64,000 nucleotides of DNA. Source: a virus. The stretch lies in IMG/VR virus record IMGVR_UViG_3300042698_000029, positions 64,001 through 128,000 of that record; one strand, written 5' to 3'. The stretch's first letter is position 1, and every line of letters starts with the position of its first letter. Below are positions 9,529-19,047 of this stretch, piece after piece. The position numbers and the translations under genes are program-made. Under the pieces are notes generated by a model. It saw nothing but the letters and a program-made list of their open reading frames with translations, was not told where the DNA came from and ran no database searches.

Positions 9529-9707
9529 AGCGCAACCTTTCCAGCGGGTATCCCGGTCTTCCGGGATATGGACAACGGGGTGTCCCCGTCATTCATGGCC
9601 TTCTCGACCGCACGCCGGGCCGCATCCTTGATCTCGCCCTTGCGGCCGGACAGTTCGCGAAGAGTGACCCAGTCCAGGGTCTCCTCGGCCAGCTCCTTGT
9701 CGGTCAC
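9489..9707 (-). CDS. Small HTH protein
   Basis: AVEKAMNDGDTPLSISRKTGIPAGKVALW; GTG start overlapping upstream stop. Confidence 0.6.
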   Translation of the reverse strand: MTDKELAEETLDWVTLRELSGRKGEIKDAARRAVEKAMNDGDTPLSISRKTGIPAGKVALWMMLNRSPQSPS

Positions 9708-9946
9708 AGCAGATCTCCCTGTTCGTTGATGACGCCGAGTTCGATGGCGACCAGAACGGTCCGCAGATCCTTCATGGGGAACGGGCCGCCGCTCGGGGAG
9801 CTGTCGAAGGGCCACGCCGGGAGGCCCCAGTCACAGCCGTTGCCCAGGTCGTGGCAAAAGAAGTTCCCGTTGTAATCGATGTGGCTCCCGCACTTGGGGC
9901 ATTTGGACTCCTGGCACCTGCCGACCGGGCAACTCGTCCGCTTCAT
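9704..9946 (-). CDS. Cys-rich (zinc-ribbon) hypothetical protein
   Basis: CPKC...FFC...C. Confidence 0.55.
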   Translation of the reverse strand: MKRTSCPVGRCQESKCPKCGSHIDYNGNFFCHDLGNGCDWGLPAWPFDSSPSGGPFPMKDLRTVLVAIELGVINEQGDLL

Positions 9947-10722
9947 GACGACCTCCGCACGGAGCAGGGGACGTCGAACCAGCTGGCACCCGGCATCTTC
10001 TCGGGTCCCACGTCGGTCCGGGTGAATCGGGCGTTCTCATGGAAGTCAACCTCGAAGCAGTCCGTCAGCCACTTCCAGTACGCCGGGTACCGGTCGGGCC
10101 ACAGCCAGTTCAGGGTCCCCCACAGACCCTCCGGGTGGGACCCAGGAGCGTTCTCGGAAAGAGCCAGCTTGTTGCGCGCCTTGATGCTCTTCAGCACCTT
10201 GCGCTGAAGGGTGTTGCGGAAGGCCACGTGCTGGGTGTCCTGGGCGATGAGAAGGTCCCAGACGCCGGTGTTGGGCCACGGCGGCACGGTTCCCCGACTC
10301 ATCGCCATCCGGGCATCCTGGGCCGACAGCTTCATGCCCGGCCTCTTGTCCTTGGCCGGGATCCGGCCGCGCATCGACTCCCAGCTGATGACCCAGATGC
10401 CGGGTCCCCGGCCCTTGAGAAGGGACTCGTTCCACTCCGGCGGATCCGCCTTGTGCGAGCCGAGGATCCTGACGGGGAGGTCCACCCCTGCGGGGCTCTG
10501 GTGCTCGCGGTACCTCGGGCTGCCCCACCAGCCGTGGTCGGAGCGGGGCGCGACCACCAGGACCCGGAAGTTCTCCGGGTTTTCCGACTGGAGCATCACG
10601 CTGTGGATCCGTTCGGACCCGATCAGCATGCGCTCGTGGAAGGAGGGGTCCTCGAAGATGCCGGAGGTGTCGCAGCCCAGGGTGGCGAGAGCTTCTCGCT
10701 GAGCTGGCGTGAGGGTGCTCAT
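9943..10722 (-). CDS. Truncated, motif-degenerate SNF2-type ATPase paralog (N-terminal lobe only)
   Basis: Aligns by eye with 35691..37337 (PPW..TGVWDL, LW..LNWLWP..Y.A[YF]W.W); DEVH replaced by QDTQH; no Walker A; ATG 10722 with GAAGGAGA RBS. Confidence 0.75.
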   Translation of the reverse strand: MSTLTPAQREALATLGCDTSGIFEDPSFHERMLIGSERIHSVMLQSENPENFRVLVVAPRSDHGWWGSPRYREHQSPAGVDLPVRILGSHKADPPEWNESLLKGRGPGIWVISWESMRGRIPAKDKRPGMKLSAQDARMAMSRGTVPPWPNTGVWDLLIAQDTQHVAFRNTLQRKVLKSIKARNKLALSENAPGSHPEGLWGTLNWLWPDRYPAYWKWLTDCFEVDFHENARFTRTDVGPEKMPGASWFDVPCSVRRSS

Positions 10723-10736
10723 GGTCTGGATCTCCT

Positions 10737-10949
10737 TCAGAAGTTCAGGTTTACGATCATGTCGGGGACGTACTTCACGTATGCGGCCTTGGTGCGCCAC
10801 ACCGCCTTGCAGGCCCTGCACCGGAGGCTGGAGTAGGCAGACGGGGTACGGCGCCCTCCGTTGAATGCGGAGTAGTTGGCGTTGCGGACCAAGACCTCCC
10901 AGGACGACCGGTGTCCTCGTACGCCACAGGCAGTTCCGCCGGACATCAC
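10737..10949 (-). CDS. Small zinc-finger-like hypothetical protein
   Basis: C..H and CRAC; ATGA coupling to upstream gene. Confidence 0.6.
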   Translation of the reverse strand: MMSGGTACGVRGHRSSWEVLVRNANYSAFNGGRRTPSAYSSLRCRACKAVWRTKAAYVKYVPDMIVNLNF

Positions 10950-11455
10950 ATGACCTCGTCGGTGAGGCGGGAGATGTGGTCACAGGTGGTCCGGTGGGCG
11001 TTGACGGACGTGTTGCAGACCGCCACGGGTACGGCCGCCGCGCGCAGGAGGTCCATGCGCTCCATCGGGATTTCTGTGAAGCCGTCGCCCCCGCTGCGGA
11101 TAACTCGGTGGAGCATCGGGTGCATCCAGGTGTGGTACTCGTCGCGAGCGTTCTTCACCAGGGAGTACACGACGCCTGCGTGGCTGTGGAACGACCTGAT
11201 GAAGCGGGGTCGCGGGAGCCAGAGGAATCCGTGCTCGCGGGACTCGCGGAGGAATACTCCGCAGTCAGGGGCCTTCTCGTCGTACTTGGGCTTCCAGAGG
11301 TCGTCCATCCACCCGCTGACCTCGTCCTTCAGGTAGTCCCTGAGATCGGTGGAGCGGATATGGTCGATGCCACCGAACAGAGCGTAGCCGTCAAACGTCT
11401 CGAAGTGGATGGCTACGTGCTCGTTGCTGTTGAGGGTCGGGCGGATGTTGCTCAC
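10946..11455 (-). CDS. Hypothetical protein
   Basis: Coupled ORF with GAAGGAGA RBS. Confidence 0.65.
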   Translation of the reverse strand: MSNIRPTLNSNEHVAIHFETFDGYALFGGIDHIRSTDLRDYLKDEVSGWMDDLWKPKYDEKAPDCGVFLRESREHGFLWLPRPRFIRSFHSHAGVVYSLVKNARDEYHTWMHPMLHRVIRSGGDGFTEIPMERMDLLRAAAVPVAVCNTSVNAHRTTCDHISRLTDEVM

Positions 11456-11745
11456 TTCTTCTCCTTCAGGACGAGCCAGTGGGTGCAGTCGCAGGTGCCC
11501 CGGCAGGAGCAGGTCTCCTTTTCCGGCGTGATAGTGACCGGCATGGACTCGTCCATGACCACGGTCTCCATGAGGTCAGGGGGGAGGCTCTTGTTGCAGA
11601 CCTCGTGAGTCAGGAGAACGTAGCCCTCCTCCACGGTCAGACGCCACTTGCCCTCGGTGGGGTCGCAGATGCAGTGGTCCGGCTCCGGGAATTCCACGGT
11701 CTTCGTCATGGAGTCGGGCAGGAACAGGTGCGGAAAGCCGCTCAT
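11452..11745 (-). CDS. Cys-rich hypothetical protein
   Basis: CxC, CSCRGTCDC; GAGGAGA RBS. Confidence 0.65.
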   Translation of the reverse strand: MSGFPHLFLPDSMTKTVEFPEPDHCICDPTEGKWRLTVEEGYVLLTHEVCNKSLPPDLMETVVMDESMPVTITPEKETCSCRGTCDCTHWLVLKEKK

Positions 11746-11885
11746 GGCTTCTCCTCGGATCGAGCTGTGTTGTTACAAGAAGAAGCCTGTCAGGGCAGGT
11801 GCCTGGATGCCAGGTCGGAAGGGTGTGAGTCCGCTCACGGCGCGGCCCCGAAACCCCCGGGGCGCTTCGTCGTAGCCTGCCGCCT

Positions 11886-12218
11886 ATGCCCAAAACCGTC
11901 CGGATTCCCCGTCCCGTCCTCGCGGTCTGCCCGACGACGGTCACCTTCTCCGTGCTCACGGAGTCCGACCTCAGGGCCGCGTCGGCGGTCCTGGGCATCC
12001 CTGCTCGAAAACTCCGCAGGAGCGTCTGTGAGGCCCTCAAAGGGCACGGGGAGTCCCTGGAGACCACCAGGGAGGTGTACGACCGCTGGAGGGCCCGTGT
12101 GGGCTCTCTGCGGGTGTTCTACGTCGTGCACTCCGCCGACCACGTAATCGTGACGGAGATCCTCGTCCGGCCTCCGGGGAAGTCCGGGTGGGTGCACGCC
12201 GAGCTCCTCACGGGCTGA
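11886..12218 (+). CDS. Hypothetical protein
   Basis: Coding-like ORF convergent with 12208..12795. Confidence 0.55.
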   Translation: MPKTVRIPRPVLAVCPTTVTFSVLTESDLRAASAVLGIPARKLRRSVCEALKGHGESLETTREVYDRWRARVGSLRVFYVVHSADHVIVTEILVRPPGKSGWVHAELLTG

Positions 12219-12795
12219 GTCCCCCCTCCTGGAGCCTGCGGGCCTTGTACTCCTCCAGGCTCCAGGAGACGTCGTTGACCTTCTTCAGCGCCTTCATCAG
12301 GCAGGGGCGGCATGCGGTGCGGTGCACGCATTCCTGCCGCATGAGGTCCATCGCCGCTTCCAGGTCGCGGCGTACAGCCGCCGCCTTCTCGGGTGACTCC
12401 TCACAGACGCGGACTCCGATACGGGCGGCCACCTTCTGGAGGGCGGGGTGCACCGGGGCCCGCAGCGCCACGGGGAACGGAGTCTCGCGCTGAAGGGAGA
12501 GCAGGGCCGGTTCGGCGTACCCCCGGCCCCGGAACTTGGGGGCGATCCACATGGTGTCGACCTGGACCTCGGTGGGCCGGTCGTCGTTGACGCTGGCCGC
12601 CAGGGAAAGTGCTCCGATCCGTCGGTCTCCCCGGCAGATGACGTTGACCATCGCCTGGGTGAGCAGCAGGCCGCCCCGGGGGATCTCCCCCGTCTCGTCA
12701 AGCGCATCTGCGAGGTATGCGTAGTTTGCGTCTTTCAGGAAGGTTTTGTCCGCTACGTAGTCGGGGGTGCGGACCGTGATCTCGGTGTGGGTCAT
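12208..12795 (-). CDS. GNAT-like acetyltransferase
   Basis: VDTMWIAPKFRGRGYA (GNAT motif A). Confidence 0.65.
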   Translation of the reverse strand: MTHTEITVRTPDYVADKTFLKDANYAYLADALDETGEIPRGGLLLTQAMVNVICRGDRRIGALSLAASVNDDRPTEVQVDTMWIAPKFRGRGYAEPALLSLQRETPFPVALRAPVHPALQKVAARIGVRVCEESPEKAAAVRRDLEAAMDLMRQECVHRTACRPCLMKALKKVNDVSWSLEEYKARRLQEGGLSP

Positions 12796-12875
12796 GCGCC
12801 CAGCTTCGGTCCGCCGGGCCGGGGGCGCAACGAGATGTGCATCACGTCCGGAGGGCTTCTGTTCGGTTCCTGAGG

Positions 12876-13070
12876 GGGTGTCGACTCACAGTCGACAGTC
12901 GACACCCCCCAGTCCCCGTCTGAGGGGACGTATATATATAAAACAAAACAAAACGGACATTTTGGTTTACATGTATAACGCGGGAGATGTCCTAGTTTGG
13001 GTAGGCAAATTTTCTTGATCGTTTCCTCGGGAGGACTAGGGGGTGTCGACTGTCGACTCACAGTCGACAG
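12876..13070. repeat. Iteron-like array: six GTCGAC sites in two triplets around an AT-rich core; putative origin
   Basis: GTCGAC at 12880, 12891, 12898, 13045, 13052, 13063; 19-bp direct repeat GTCGACTCACAGTCGACAG (12880, 13052); core TATATATATAAAACAAAACAAAA; directly downstream of Rep-like gene. Confidence 0.75.
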
Positions 13071-13093
13071 GCCCTGGAAATCGAACAAAAAGA

Positions 13094-13121
13094 GAAGCCC
13101 CCAGGTCTCCCCGGGGGCTTC
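13094..13121 (-). terminator. Hairpin terminator after Rep-like gene
   Basis: GAAGCCCCC/GGGGGCTTC followed on the minus strand by TCTTTTT. Confidence 0.7.
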
Positions 13122-13133
13122 GGTCGTACAGGG

Positions 13134-14540
13134 TCAGGCGATGAGGCTCTCGCCCTCCACCATCCAGGCCAACGTGTTGTTGTCGACAGCCTGCCAGGCG
13201 GCCTTGAGGACGATGTCGGCGTACGAGATCTTCTTCTGGTTCAGGGTCTGCCGCAGCGAGGTACTCAGGCTCCGCTGGATGTCCCGGAGGGTCACCGGGT
13301 CCGGCCGGTTCTTGGTCACCTTGTTGCACACCGCCTGAACCGTGCGTTCCAGCAGCTCGTCCCGGCCCAGGTCGACCGTCTCCTTGGCCAGGTACTTCAG
13401 GTGGTGGACGGCCGACATCTTCCGCAGGCTCTCACGGCTGCGAGCCGCCTCCCTCTCCGCCTCCTCCCGGCCGCAGCGGGCCGCCACGTACTTGCGGGAC
13501 AGGACATTGAGGTCCCACCACGCCCACGCACGGGCCGCGTCCTCCTCGGTGATCTCATCGTGACCGAGGAGCAGGGAGAAGCCGAGGGCCAGCTTGTGGA
13601 CCACGACCGGCTTGTGTGCTTCGAGGGGGTCGTCACCTTCGAGGCCGAGCTTGCGGCGCTTACGCTCGTGAGCCAAAGCCCTCAGGAAGCCCTCAGGAGC
13701 GCCGATCTGGTCCGGGGCGCGGTCCGCCACCCGCCGGAGCCTGTTACGCAGCCTGTGAGCCTCCTGGGGGGCTTCAGGGTCCTCATTCTCCAGCCAGGCC
13801 GGGGGCACCGCGAGAGAGGTGAGCATGCGCTGGGCCAGGCCGATCTCGGAGCCCATCTCCAGGATCTCGAAGGCGACGCGGTACTGGGATCCGAAGAACG
13901 CCGAGAGCGCGTAGCCACCGCCCGCCAGGTAGCGGTTCAGCTTGGTGTCGGCATTGGTCTCGCCCATGGTCTCGGACATGAACCCCTTGCACAGGGCGGT
14001 GTCGAGGACCGAGTCGGCCTTGCCCTTGACCATGGCGAGCAGCACCTTGCCCTCGGTGGTCACGGCGAAGCCCCGGTCGCGGACCTGTACGAGCGCGTCG
14101 GACGGCCCGTGGCCCATGATGTCGTCCTCGTCTTCCTCTTCCATCCCCAGGTAGGAGCCGGTGAGGCCCTGGCCGGTCGACGGGAGGATGAGGTGGGCGG
14201 GACCCTTAGCGGGGTTGGTCAGCTCCTCCCACCCGAGGAGGTGATCGGCATCGCTGAGCAGGGATGACTTGCCGACGCCAGAGGGGCCGGTGCACTGGAC
14301 GAAGAGGCCCGGTGGGGTTCCCCGGGAGGAGGCCAGGGAGGCGCCGACCACCTTGGGGGAGCAGAGGGCGTGAAAGATCGTCAGGCAGGTGGTGAGAAGT
14401 GCTTCGGGGGAAGACGCCTGACTCAGGGCAAAGTCTCGGATGTAGGTCAGATCGGCATCGGACTCCCAGAAGGAGGCGTCGATTCCGATGTACCCGTTGA
14501 TCTCTGAGGCGAAGGTCCATGAGTGCGGCGAAGCGGTCAT
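13134..14540 (-). CDS. Rep/DUF3987-like P-loop ATPase (actinophage RepA-like helicase) with C-terminal HTH
   Basis: FW....L.YIR, GPSGVGKS (Walker A), STGQGL, GLAQR; Walker B position reads TTEG. Confidence 0.75.
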   Translation of the reverse strand: MTASPHSWTFASEINGYIGIDASFWESDADLTYIRDFALSQASSPEALLTTCLTIFHALCSPKVVGASLASSRGTPPGLFVQCTGPSGVGKSSLLSDADHLLGWEELTNPAKGPAHLILPSTGQGLTGSYLGMEEEDEDDIMGHGPSDALVQVRDRGFAVTTEGKVLLAMVKGKADSVLDTALCKGFMSETMGETNADTKLNRYLAGGGYALSAFFGSQYRVAFEILEMGSEIGLAQRMLTSLAVPPAWLENEDPEAPQEAHRLRNRLRRVADRAPDQIGAPEGFLRALAHERKRRKLGLEGDDPLEAHKPVVVHKLALGFSLLLGHDEITEEDAARAWAWWDLNVLSRKYVAARCGREEAEREAARSRESLRKMSAVHHLKYLAKETVDLGRDELLERTVQAVCNKVTKNRPDPVTLRDIQRSLSTSLRQTLNQKKISYADIVLKAAWQAVDNNTLAWMVEGESLIA

Positions 14541-14774
14541 AGCAGACCTTTCCGCTCACGGCGTGCCATACCGGGGAACGGGTTTTTTCCTAGACCCGTT
14601 TAGGGTACGGTGAAGCCAGAGCTTGAAAACGAACTGCGTTCTCCGCCAAAAGATGCGCAGTTCAACTGGGACCCCCGGTCAACTGATCGGGGGTTTTCTC
14701 TTGTTCCCCAGAGTCTACTCGCGCGCGGGTCACCGGCTGCTGTGACACAGGCCACAGCCTGTCTTGACAGACAG

Positions 14775-14788
14775 GAACTATCTGGACA
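14775..14788 (+). promoter_or_regulatory. Operator-like site GAACTATCTGGACA (TATCNNRAC family)
   Basis: Identical 14-mer at 25874-25887; follows TTGACA at 14764. Confidence 0.55.
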
Positions 14789-14824
14789 TGTGTACTCACA
14801 ACGGACCGTGGTGATAATGGGGCC

Positions 14825-15208
14825 ATGGGCATCGTTTACCACGGCGTAGTTTCCGGCGTCCGTAACAAGATCGGACCCAGCGGCCTGATAATGACCCACT
14901 TCAACCTCAAGAGCCCCGACGGAACGATCCGTCACGTCATCGCCATGCGAGAGGGGCGCCGTCCCTGCCGGGGGGCCGAAGTCGTCCGGGACGGCATAAG
15001 GGCCGAGATCAGCGGCGAGTGGGCCGTCGGGAACAAGGGCCGCAACACCAATCCCGCGTTCTTCGCCCACCGGGTGGTCCTCATGAAGGCCGCCCTCATC
15101 GAGCCGGATTCTTCTCTTGGACCCATTCCAGGTACAGACGACGTATCGCCTGCTCCGCCCGTGGAGGACATGTGGTGGGACTGGGATACGATCAAGGACG
15201 CCTCCTGA
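14825..15208 (+). CDS. OB-fold nucleic-acid-binding protein
   Basis: GVVSGVRNK....G..MTHFNL....GTI..V.......G....ISGEW pattern like DnaE/RecG OB folds. Confidence 0.5.
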   Translation: MGIVYHGVVSGVRNKIGPSGLIMTHFNLKSPDGTIRHVIAMREGRRPCRGAEVVRDGIRAEISGEWAVGNKGRNTNPAFFAHRVVLMKAALIEPDSSLGPIPGTDDVSPAPPVEDMWWDWDTIKDAS

Positions 15209-15281
15209 TGAAACTCCTTCCGTCGGACGGCAAGAAGCCCCCGGTGACCTGCACCCCCGGGGGCTTCCCTCTGCTCAACGG

Positions 15282-15533
15282 CTAGATCAGGTCGATCGTC
15301 TCCTGCACGTGAGCCAGGGTCTCTTCCAGCGTCTCGTCCGGAATCGGGTGCCCGTACCACTCGATCAGCTCCGCCCGGCTCACCACCCTCTCGTCGGGAT
15401 TGACCTGCGTCGAGGTCCAGATCTCCAGACGCATGTTCTCCCGTTCCAGATAGAGGACCGGGTCGACGTGGAAGTCGTCGTCCAGCAGCTCGCGGAGGAG
15501 GGCCACCGTCACCCGGGGCCGGTCGCCGCTCAC
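15282..15533 (-). CDS. Hypothetical protein
   Basis: GTG start overlapping upstream stop. Confidence 0.6.
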   Translation of the reverse strand: MSGDRPRVTVALLRELLDDDFHVDPVLYLERENMRLEIWTSTQVNPDERVVSRAELIEWYGHPIPDETLEETLAHVQETIDLI

Positions 15534-15823
15534 GGCTTGTCGCCCGTCAGGCCGAGCTGCTCGGCCATGCGGTCGAAGACTCCGTCGGGCACCGAGGGGG
15601 TCAGGTTCAGGTCCGGTACGGCCCCGTGGATCCGGCACATCGCCTCGCTGACGGCCCCCTCCAGGGTCTCGGCGTCGATGTTGCAGTGGAATTCAGTGGG
15701 GTGTCCGCCGCCGGTGGCGTAGCCGATGTCGCCGCCCGAGAACGCGTCGCAGCGATCGAAGGCGTTCTCCTCCTCGGGGGTGGTGGGGCGATCCGCGACG
15801 AGGTCAAAGGTCCAAGTCTTCAC
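15530..15823 (-). CDS. Hypothetical protein, HicB-like fold possible
   Basis: IDAETLEGAVSEAM motif; downstream of RelE-like gene. Confidence 0.5.
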   Translation of the reverse strand: MKTWTFDLVADRPTTPEEENAFDRCDAFSGGDIGYATGGGHPTEFHCNIDAETLEGAVSEAMCRIHGAVPDLNLTPSVPDGVFDRMAEQLGLTGDKP

Positions 15824-16157
15824 AAGGGGCTCCCGGAATATCGGTTCGGTCGAGGCGGGCCAGGATCAGCTCGCCCAGAGACAGCACGATGATGTACGTC
15901 AGGCGCAGGCCGGAGTCGTCGTCCAAGGTGACCACCCGGCTGTCCCGCGCTCTCAGCCGTTGAGGGTCGTTGAGGTGCCGGGCCGGAAGTCCGATGACAA
16001 GGCGCACGGCGCGGGCGTACTGGTCCGGACTGAGCTCCACCAGGTCCCGGCGGAAGTTCTCCGTGTAGACCAGGTTCAGGTCTCCCGCCACCGGCGTCGG
16101 CAGCGGTTCACGGACGGGTCGGGCCTGTCCGGGACGGAAATGATAGCGGGACGCCAT
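15804..16157 (-). CDS. RelE/ParE-like protein
   Basis: LVYTENFRRDLVEL...LRLTY pattern. Confidence 0.55.
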   Translation of the reverse strand: MASRYHFRPGQARPVREPLPTPVAGDLNLVYTENFRRDLVELSPDQYARAVRLVIGLPARHLNDPQRLRARDSRVVTLDDDSGLRLTYIIVLSLGELILARLDRTDIPGAPCEDLDL

Positions 16158-16181
16158 GATGGGGCCTTTCGGGACAATGTG

Positions 16182-16226
16182 AACGACCCCCTCACCAGCC
16201 CGAAGTCATCCGGTGAGGGGGTCGTT
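16182..16226. terminator. 15-bp inverted repeat, probable terminator
   Basis: AACGACCCCCTCACC / GGTGAGGGGGTCGTT. Confidence 0.65.
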
Positions 16227-16246
16227 GTCTAGGGGGATGGTACGGG

Positions 16247-16597
16247 TCAGACGAAGGAGGGCTCGTTCTCCTGGGCGGTGGCCGCGTCGTCCGTGCTGTC
16301 GGCGGAACCCTCCTCCGAGGGAGAGACCGCGTCACCCGGGTCCGACTTCTCCTCCGGGATGTCCACCCCGTAGCGCTCCTTGATGTCGCCGACGACCATG
16401 GCCCGGTAGGCCGGGTCGGTGGCCATCTTCTTCAGGTGGTCGCGCTTGTCGGCCCAGAGGGAGGCGACGCTGCGCAGGGAGGTGAAGTTCTTCAGCGGAG
16501 CGTCCATCATCGCGGCGACCATCTCGGCCTTGAACCGCTCGGCGGCGTCGGCGTCGAAGCCTTCGATCTCGTCGTGGAGGGCCTGGACAGTACTCAT
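16247..16597 (-). CDS. Hypothetical protein with acidic tail
   Basis: AAGGAGA RBS, coding-like codons. Confidence 0.65.
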   Translation of the reverse strand: MSTVQALHDEIEGFDADAAERFKAEMVAAMMDAPLKNFTSLRSVASLWADKRDHLKKMATDPAYRAMVVGDIKERYGVDIPEEKSDPGDAVSPSEEGSADSTDDAATAQENEPSFV

Positions 16598-16750
16598 GGG
16601 TTTCTCCTTCATAGTGTGCCAACAAGGTCGAAGGTCGGGTCTCAGCTCGGAGGGGACATCTTTGCGATCCGTCCCAGTCTTTTCCCTGCTGGTTTCCCCG
16701 TCCTTCTGAGAGAAGCCTACGGGGTGAGCCGAACAGATTTAAGACCTGGC

Positions 16751-17800
16751 TCATGTGACCTGAGTCTCACTATCTTCTGCATCCGCCCGGTCCATGCCCT
16801 CTCCGAGACCATTCTCGATCACGGCCCGGGTCTTGTACTCGTCAAAGGCCCTGAGGTTGTTGCGTGTGACCGCGAACTTCGCGGCCTCGAAGAGCAGCTG
16901 CACCGTGTCGTCGTACCCCGCCGCGTCGCGGGCCACGAGCTTGCCCAGGACGAACGCAGACTTGCCCAGTTGCCAGCTGACTCCCCCGGTGCAGGCCCGG
17001 ACCGCATCGAGCTGCCGGGAGAAGACCTTGTTGACCGTGGCCCGGTCAAAGACCTTCGCGCCGCCCCCGACACCCCGGACGGGCTTCTTCGCCTCTTCGG
17101 TGGGGATGTGCAGCTTCGAGTCCACGAGCAGGGACCGGATCCAGTCCGGCAGCGGGGCCACCGGCACATCAGGTTCCGCCCAGCGGTACACGCCGTCCGG
17201 CCGGATCGTGGGTGCCAGGGTCGTCTGAATCCTGCCGGACTTCACGTCGACCTGCCAGGCCACCTTGCTCGTGGAATCCTGCTGGAAGTCCATGGCGTCG
17301 GGCGCGGTGAACAGGAGCTGGCGTCCGCCGCCCGGGGTGATGGTGACGGCCGTCGAGGAGAAGAGGTCCGGGTGATCGTTGGTGTGGGCCAGCATCATCA
17401 TGACGTCCATCCCGGTACGGGGTGTCAGGAACATGGAGCCCGGCCTGGCCTTCACAGGTTCCTTGGGCGGCACGCCTCCGTGGTCGTCACAGTCCAGGAC
17501 AACGAGGTTCGACGGCCCGCACGCCACGGCAACGCCGTACGGGCGGGTCCACCAGCGATGGATCAGTTCGGGGTCGGAGGTCGCCGCGTACACCCCGTGG
17601 CAGGTCTTCCCCCGGGGGATGCAGGGGCAGTCCTCGGGGCGGTGGGGCTTGCGCATGAAGTGGCCCTCGGGCTGCTTTTTGCAGGCTGGGCAGTTGGGTA
17701 GCGGGCGCTTGCCGTCCTCCGCCGAAAGGGGGAAGACCTTCCATCCTCCGGCCGCGTATCCGAGTGCGGCGCCGAGCAGGGACTGGGTGGTTCGGTCCAT
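16751..17800 (-). CDS. Bifunctional DNA primase/polymerase (Prim-Pol) domain protein
   Basis: ALGYAAGGWKVFPL, KRP, CHG..AATSD...I.RWW, LVVLDCD, TPGGGRQL, VDVK, APLPDW. Confidence 0.88.
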   Translation of the reverse strand: MDRTTQSLLGAALGYAAGGWKVFPLSAEDGKRPLPNCPACKKQPEGHFMRKPHRPEDCPCIPRGKTCHGVYAATSDPELIHRWWTRPYGVAVACGPSNLVVLDCDDHGGVPPKEPVKARPGSMFLTPRTGMDVMMMLAHTNDHPDLFSSTAVTITPGGGRQLLFTAPDAMDFQQDSTSKVAWQVDVKSGRIQTTLAPTIRPDGVYRWAEPDVPVAPLPDWIRSLLVDSKLHIPTEEAKKPVRGVGGGAKVFDRATVNKVFSRQLDAVRACTGGVSWQLGKSAFVLGKLVARDAAGYDDTVQLLFEAAKFAVTRNNLRAFDEYKTRAVIENGLGEGMDRADAEDSETQVT

Positions 17801-17978
17801 GGCCGTCTCCGATGTCAGAGACCCGTGTTAAGATCGGGCCTACGAGTTCGCGCAGTGAAAGAACCTCTTGGGTAACCCCCAGGGGGTTCTTTCATGTGCA
17901 GGCTGTACAGATTCTTTCCGGGTAACACGAAGCCCCAGACCACCAGCGACGCGGTCCGGGGCTCCTGGTTCTCGGGTG

Positions 17979-18158
17979 TTACTGGAAGTCGCTGCGCACG
18001 GTCTCGGCGCGGCCGTCCTCCTGGGCCGGTCCCCGGCCAGGATCCATGAAGTCGCCGGACCGCTGACCCCGGGCGATGCGGGTCAGCTCCTCGCGAGTGC
18101 GGACAGGTTCGCCGGGGGAAGGTACGGACGCAGCGGTTTTACTTCGGAACAGTCCCAT
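17979..18158 (-). CDS. 59-aa hypothetical microprotein
   Basis: MGLFRSKTAA...SDFQ, hand-translated, AGGAG RBS, right after GntR gene. Confidence 0.5.
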   Translation of the reverse strand: MGLFRSKTAASVPSPGEPVRTREELTRIARGQRSGDFMDPGRGPAQEDGRAETVRSDFQ

Positions 18159-18170
18159 GATGAAGCGCTC

Positions 18171-18932
18171 CTACTTGTGGGTGATGGTGAACTTGGCGGT
18201 CTTGGCCTGCGTGGTGATGACCACGAAGACCGTCTCGCCGTCCCGGGTCTTCGCCATGCAGAAGGAGCCCATGGCGATCGTTCCGGCGGGGACGCCGAAG
18301 ATCTCGGCCGACTCGGGACCCATCTTGGTGTCGCCGAACTCCGTGGTGTAGTCCTCCACGTCCCACCCGAGCCACTGGCTCATGTTGATCCCCGAGGGCG
18401 GGCTGACGATCGGGTGGCCGACCGGCGTCATCATCGGTGCCATGCCCGAGTAGCCGGGGTCCTGCGGCATGGCCACGGCTCGGTCGTAGGGGAGGACGGT
18501 CACCTTGTGCTGCACCGGGGCGCCGTTGACGCGCTTGACGTAGTGGCGCTCCACGATCTGCGTCCCGTCGGCGATGCCCCACTCGGTGAGGCCGTTCGCT
18601 TCGGAGATGCCGACCTTGTAGAGGGTGGTCTCCTTGACGTCGTTCTCGTCGTCGGTGCTCCACACCGGGAGGGTCCAGTCCGGGGCCGAGTCGAAGGTGC
18701 CCAGGTGGATCTTGGTGGTCTTGGAGCCGATGACCCACGTGCCGGACTTCTTGGAGATGCGCACCAGGCCTCGCAGGGCCAGGGCCTGGTAGGCGGCCGA
18801 CGCCGTCTGGGCGGAGACCCCTTCCTGGGCACCGAGCTCGCGGACGTTCAGGAGCTTCTTGCCGTACTCGTAGCCCTCGGCCCCAGCCGCGATCAGGACC
18901 TCGATCTTCTCTGCGATCTGCTGCGCATCCAT
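18171..18932 (-). CDS. GntR/UTRA-family repressor (plasmid TraR/Kor-like)
   Basis: QQIAEKI...L.NVRELG..EGVSAQTA..AYQAL...GLV....SGTWV wHTH plus UTRA-like C-terminus. Confidence 0.8.
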   Translation of the reverse strand: MDAQQIAEKIEVLIAAGAEGYEYGKKLLNVRELGAQEGVSAQTASAAYQALALRGLVRISKKSGTWVIGSKTTKIHLGTFDSAPDWTLPVWSTDDENDVKETTLYKVGISEANGLTEWGIADGTQIVERHYVKRVNGAPVQHKVTVLPYDRAVAMPQDPGYSGMAPMMTPVGHPIVSPPSGINMSQWLGWDVEDYTTEFGDTKMGPESAEIFGVPAGTIAMGSFCMAKTRDGETVFVVITTQAKTAKFTITHK

Positions 18933-18966
18933 CGTTTCTCCTCGGTTGTGTTCCAACAGGTTACTT

Positions 18967-18990
18967 CTATCTTGACACGAGGGTCAAGAT
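18967..18990. promoter_or_regulatory. Operator-like inverted repeat upstream of GntR gene
   Basis: CTATCTTGACA followed by GTCAAGAT (ATCTTGAC/GTCAAGAT arms). Confidence 0.5.
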
Positions 18991-19047
18991 GAACCAGGGT
19001 GTGGGACATAGCTCACAGCCGTTGAGCAACGTCATGAGGGAGAAGCC

